Origin: Eledone cirrhosa
Lineage: Eukaryota
Assembly (NCBI GenBank): GCA_964016885.1
Contig: OZ024744.1
Span: 3,410,001 to 3,474,000 of the forward strand
Reading direction: 5' to 3'
DNA length: 64,000 nucleotides
Shown here: in pieces, positions 62,611 through 64,000 of the stretch
How the letters are laid out: each line of letters opens with the position of its first letter
Numbering within the stretch: position 1 is the first letter of the stretch
Notes under the pieces: model-generated
Database searches by the model: none
Seen by the model: the letters and a program-made list of their open reading frames with translations, nothing else
Told to the model about the DNA's origin: nothing
Translations under genes and position numbers: made by a program

Positions 62611-64000
62611 GAAGAACGACGTTTTGTGGGAAGACAAGGTAGAGAAAGATAGCTTGGTGAAGAACGACGTTTTGAGGGAAGACAAGGTAGAGAAAGATAG
62701 CTTGGTGAAGAACGACGTTTTGTGGGAAGACAAGGTAGAAAAAGATAGCTTGGTGAAGAACGAAGTTTTGGGGGAAGACAAGGTAGAGAAAGATAGCTTG
62801 CGAAGAACGAAGTTTTGGGGCAAGACAAGGTAGAGAAAGATAGCTTGGTGAAGAACGAAGTTTTGGTGGAGGACAAGGTAGAGAAAGATAGCTTGGTGAA
62901 GAACGACGTTTTGAGGGAAGACAAGGTAGAGAAAGATAGCTTGGTGAAGAACGAAATTTTGACGGAAGACAAGGTAGAGAAAGATAGCTTGGTGAAGAAT
63001 GACGTTTTGTGGGAAGACAAGGTAGAGAAAGATAGCTTGGTGAAGAACGAAGTTTTGGGGGAAGACAAGGTAGAGAAAGATAGCTTGGTGAAGAACGAAG
63101 TTTTGGGGAAGACAATGTAGAGAAAGATATATTGGTGAAGAACGAAGTTTTGGGTGAAGACAAGGTAGAGAAAGATAGCTTGGTGAAGAACGAAGTTTTG
63201 AGGGAAGACAAGGTAGAGAAAGATAGCTTTGTGAAGAACGAAGTTTTGGGGAAGACAATGTAGAGAAAGATAGCTTGGTGAAGAACGAAGTTTTGGAGGA
63301 AGACAAGGTAGAGAAAGATAGCTTGGTGAAGAACGAAGTTTTGGGGAAAGACAAGGTAGAGAAAGATAGCTTGGTGAAGAACGAAGTTTTGGGGGAAGTC
63401 AAGGTAGAGAAAGATAGCTTGGTGAAGAACGAAGTTTTGGGGGAAGACAAGGTAGAGAAAGATAGCTTGGTGAAGAACGAAGTTTTGGGGAAGACAATGT
63501 AGAGAAAGATAGCTTGGTGAAGAACGAAGTTTTGGGGGAAGACAAGGTAGAGAAAGATAGCTTGGTGAATAACAAAGTTTTGGGAGAAGACAAGGTCGAG
63601 AAAGATAGCTTGGTGAAGAACGAAATTTTGAGGGAAGACAAGGTAGAGAAAGATAGCTTGGTGAAGAACGACGTTTTGAGGGAAGACAAGATAGAGAAAG
63701 ATAGCTTGGTGAAGAACGACGTTTTGTGGGAAGACAAGGTAGAGAAAGATAGCTTGGTGAAGAACGAAGTTTTGAGGGAAGACAAGGTAGAGAAAGATAG
63801 CTTGGTGAAGAACGACGTTTTGTGGGAAGACAAGGTAGAGAAAGATAGCTTGGTGAAGAACGAAGTTTTGTGGGAAGACAAGGTAGAGAAAGATAGCTTG
63901 GTGAAGAACGAAGTTTTGGGGGAAGACAAGGTAGAGAAAGATAGCTTGGTGAACAACGAAGTTTTGGGGGAAGACAAGGTAGAGAAAGATAGCTTGGTGA

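Larger units (their letters stand above)
1..64000 (+). repeat. 48-bp tandem satellite array, consensus TTGGTGAAGAACGAAGTTTTGGGGGAAGACAAGGTAGAGAAAGATAGC, ~1,335 monomers, continuing beyond both window ends
   Basis: The same monomer is readable on every line; the first full copy starts at 5. Most copies are within 0-3 substitutions of the consensus. Length variants are 47 bp (common) and 49 bp (rare). No inversion or non-satellite insert was seen. Consensus composition is A18 G18 T9 C3. Confidence 0.99.

Noticed and set aside
5-63502. Plus-strand ORFs (MVKNEVLGEDKVEKDS...GKTM) as a tandem gene family or one giant repeat protein
   Set aside because: Starts are TTG/GTG within the repeat. There is no unique N- or C-terminal domain and no intergenic sequence. 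More than 120 frameshifts and several in-frame stops are propagated by duplication, and the variants are mostly non-synonymous.
1243-63513. Programmed -1 frameshifting at T-TTG-GGG restoring the + frame across 47-bp monomers
   Set aside because: Canonical slippery heptamers have A or U at YYY. The same heptamer occurs in ordinary 48-bp monomers, where slipping would break the frame. No downstream stimulatory structure is evident, and true in-frame stops remain.
692-63977. Long minus-strand ORFs (up to 2,810 aa) as genes
   Set aside because: They are explained fully by the absence of TTA/CTA/TCA in the monomer. They overlap in all three frames and have no domain content.
1-64000. CRISPR array
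   Set aside because: Monomers abut directly with no unique spacers, no leader and no cas genes.
1-64000. Immunoglobulin switch region (S-gamma-like ~49-bp G-rich repeats with AGCT and G runs)
   Set aside because: There is only one AGCT and one G run per monomer, the sequence is A-rich, it lacks dense GAGCT/GGGGT pentamers, and it is far longer than known switch regions.
1-64000. Canonical intramolecular G-quadruplex array
   Set aside because: Runs of three or more G are about 43 nt apart, far beyond usual loop lengths. Only weak two-tetrad or intermolecular forms are conceivable.
1-64000. Phased A/T-tract intrinsic curvature
   Set aside because: The T4 and A3 tracts are short and spaced about 22 and 26 bp apart. 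The 48-bp period is about 4.6 helical turns, so the tracts are not in phase.

Overview
All 64,000 bases belong to one uninterrupted, head-to-tail, single-orientation tandem array (satellite DNA) of a 48-bp monomer. The consensus is TTGGTGAAGAACGAAGTTTTGGGGGAAGACAAGGTAGAGAAAGATAGC, with about 1,335 copies, ~44% GC and 75% purine on the + strand. The array runs off both ends of the window. I see no genuine gene, RNA gene, transposon or CRISPR array. The long ORFs are by-products of the monomer: it is a multiple of 3, stop-free in one + frame and stop-free in all three - frames. The information is in the monomer variants: (i) a recurrent 47-bp haplotype that punctuates the array; (ii) a 5-mer (239 bp) and a 35-mer (1,676 bp) higher-order repeat; (iii) nested duplications with offsets from 288 bp to 8.9 kb; (iv) a layered layout in which rare variants are shared by the two ends of the window but absent from a ~32-kb central expansion; (v) a monomer that looks as if it came from a protein-coding repeat. 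I do not recognise the satellite family or the organism with confidence. A eukaryotic (peri)centromeric or other heterochromatic satellite is the most likely context, but that is inference. No new gene-based system is supported. Duplication boundaries were read by eye and are approximate to about one monomer.
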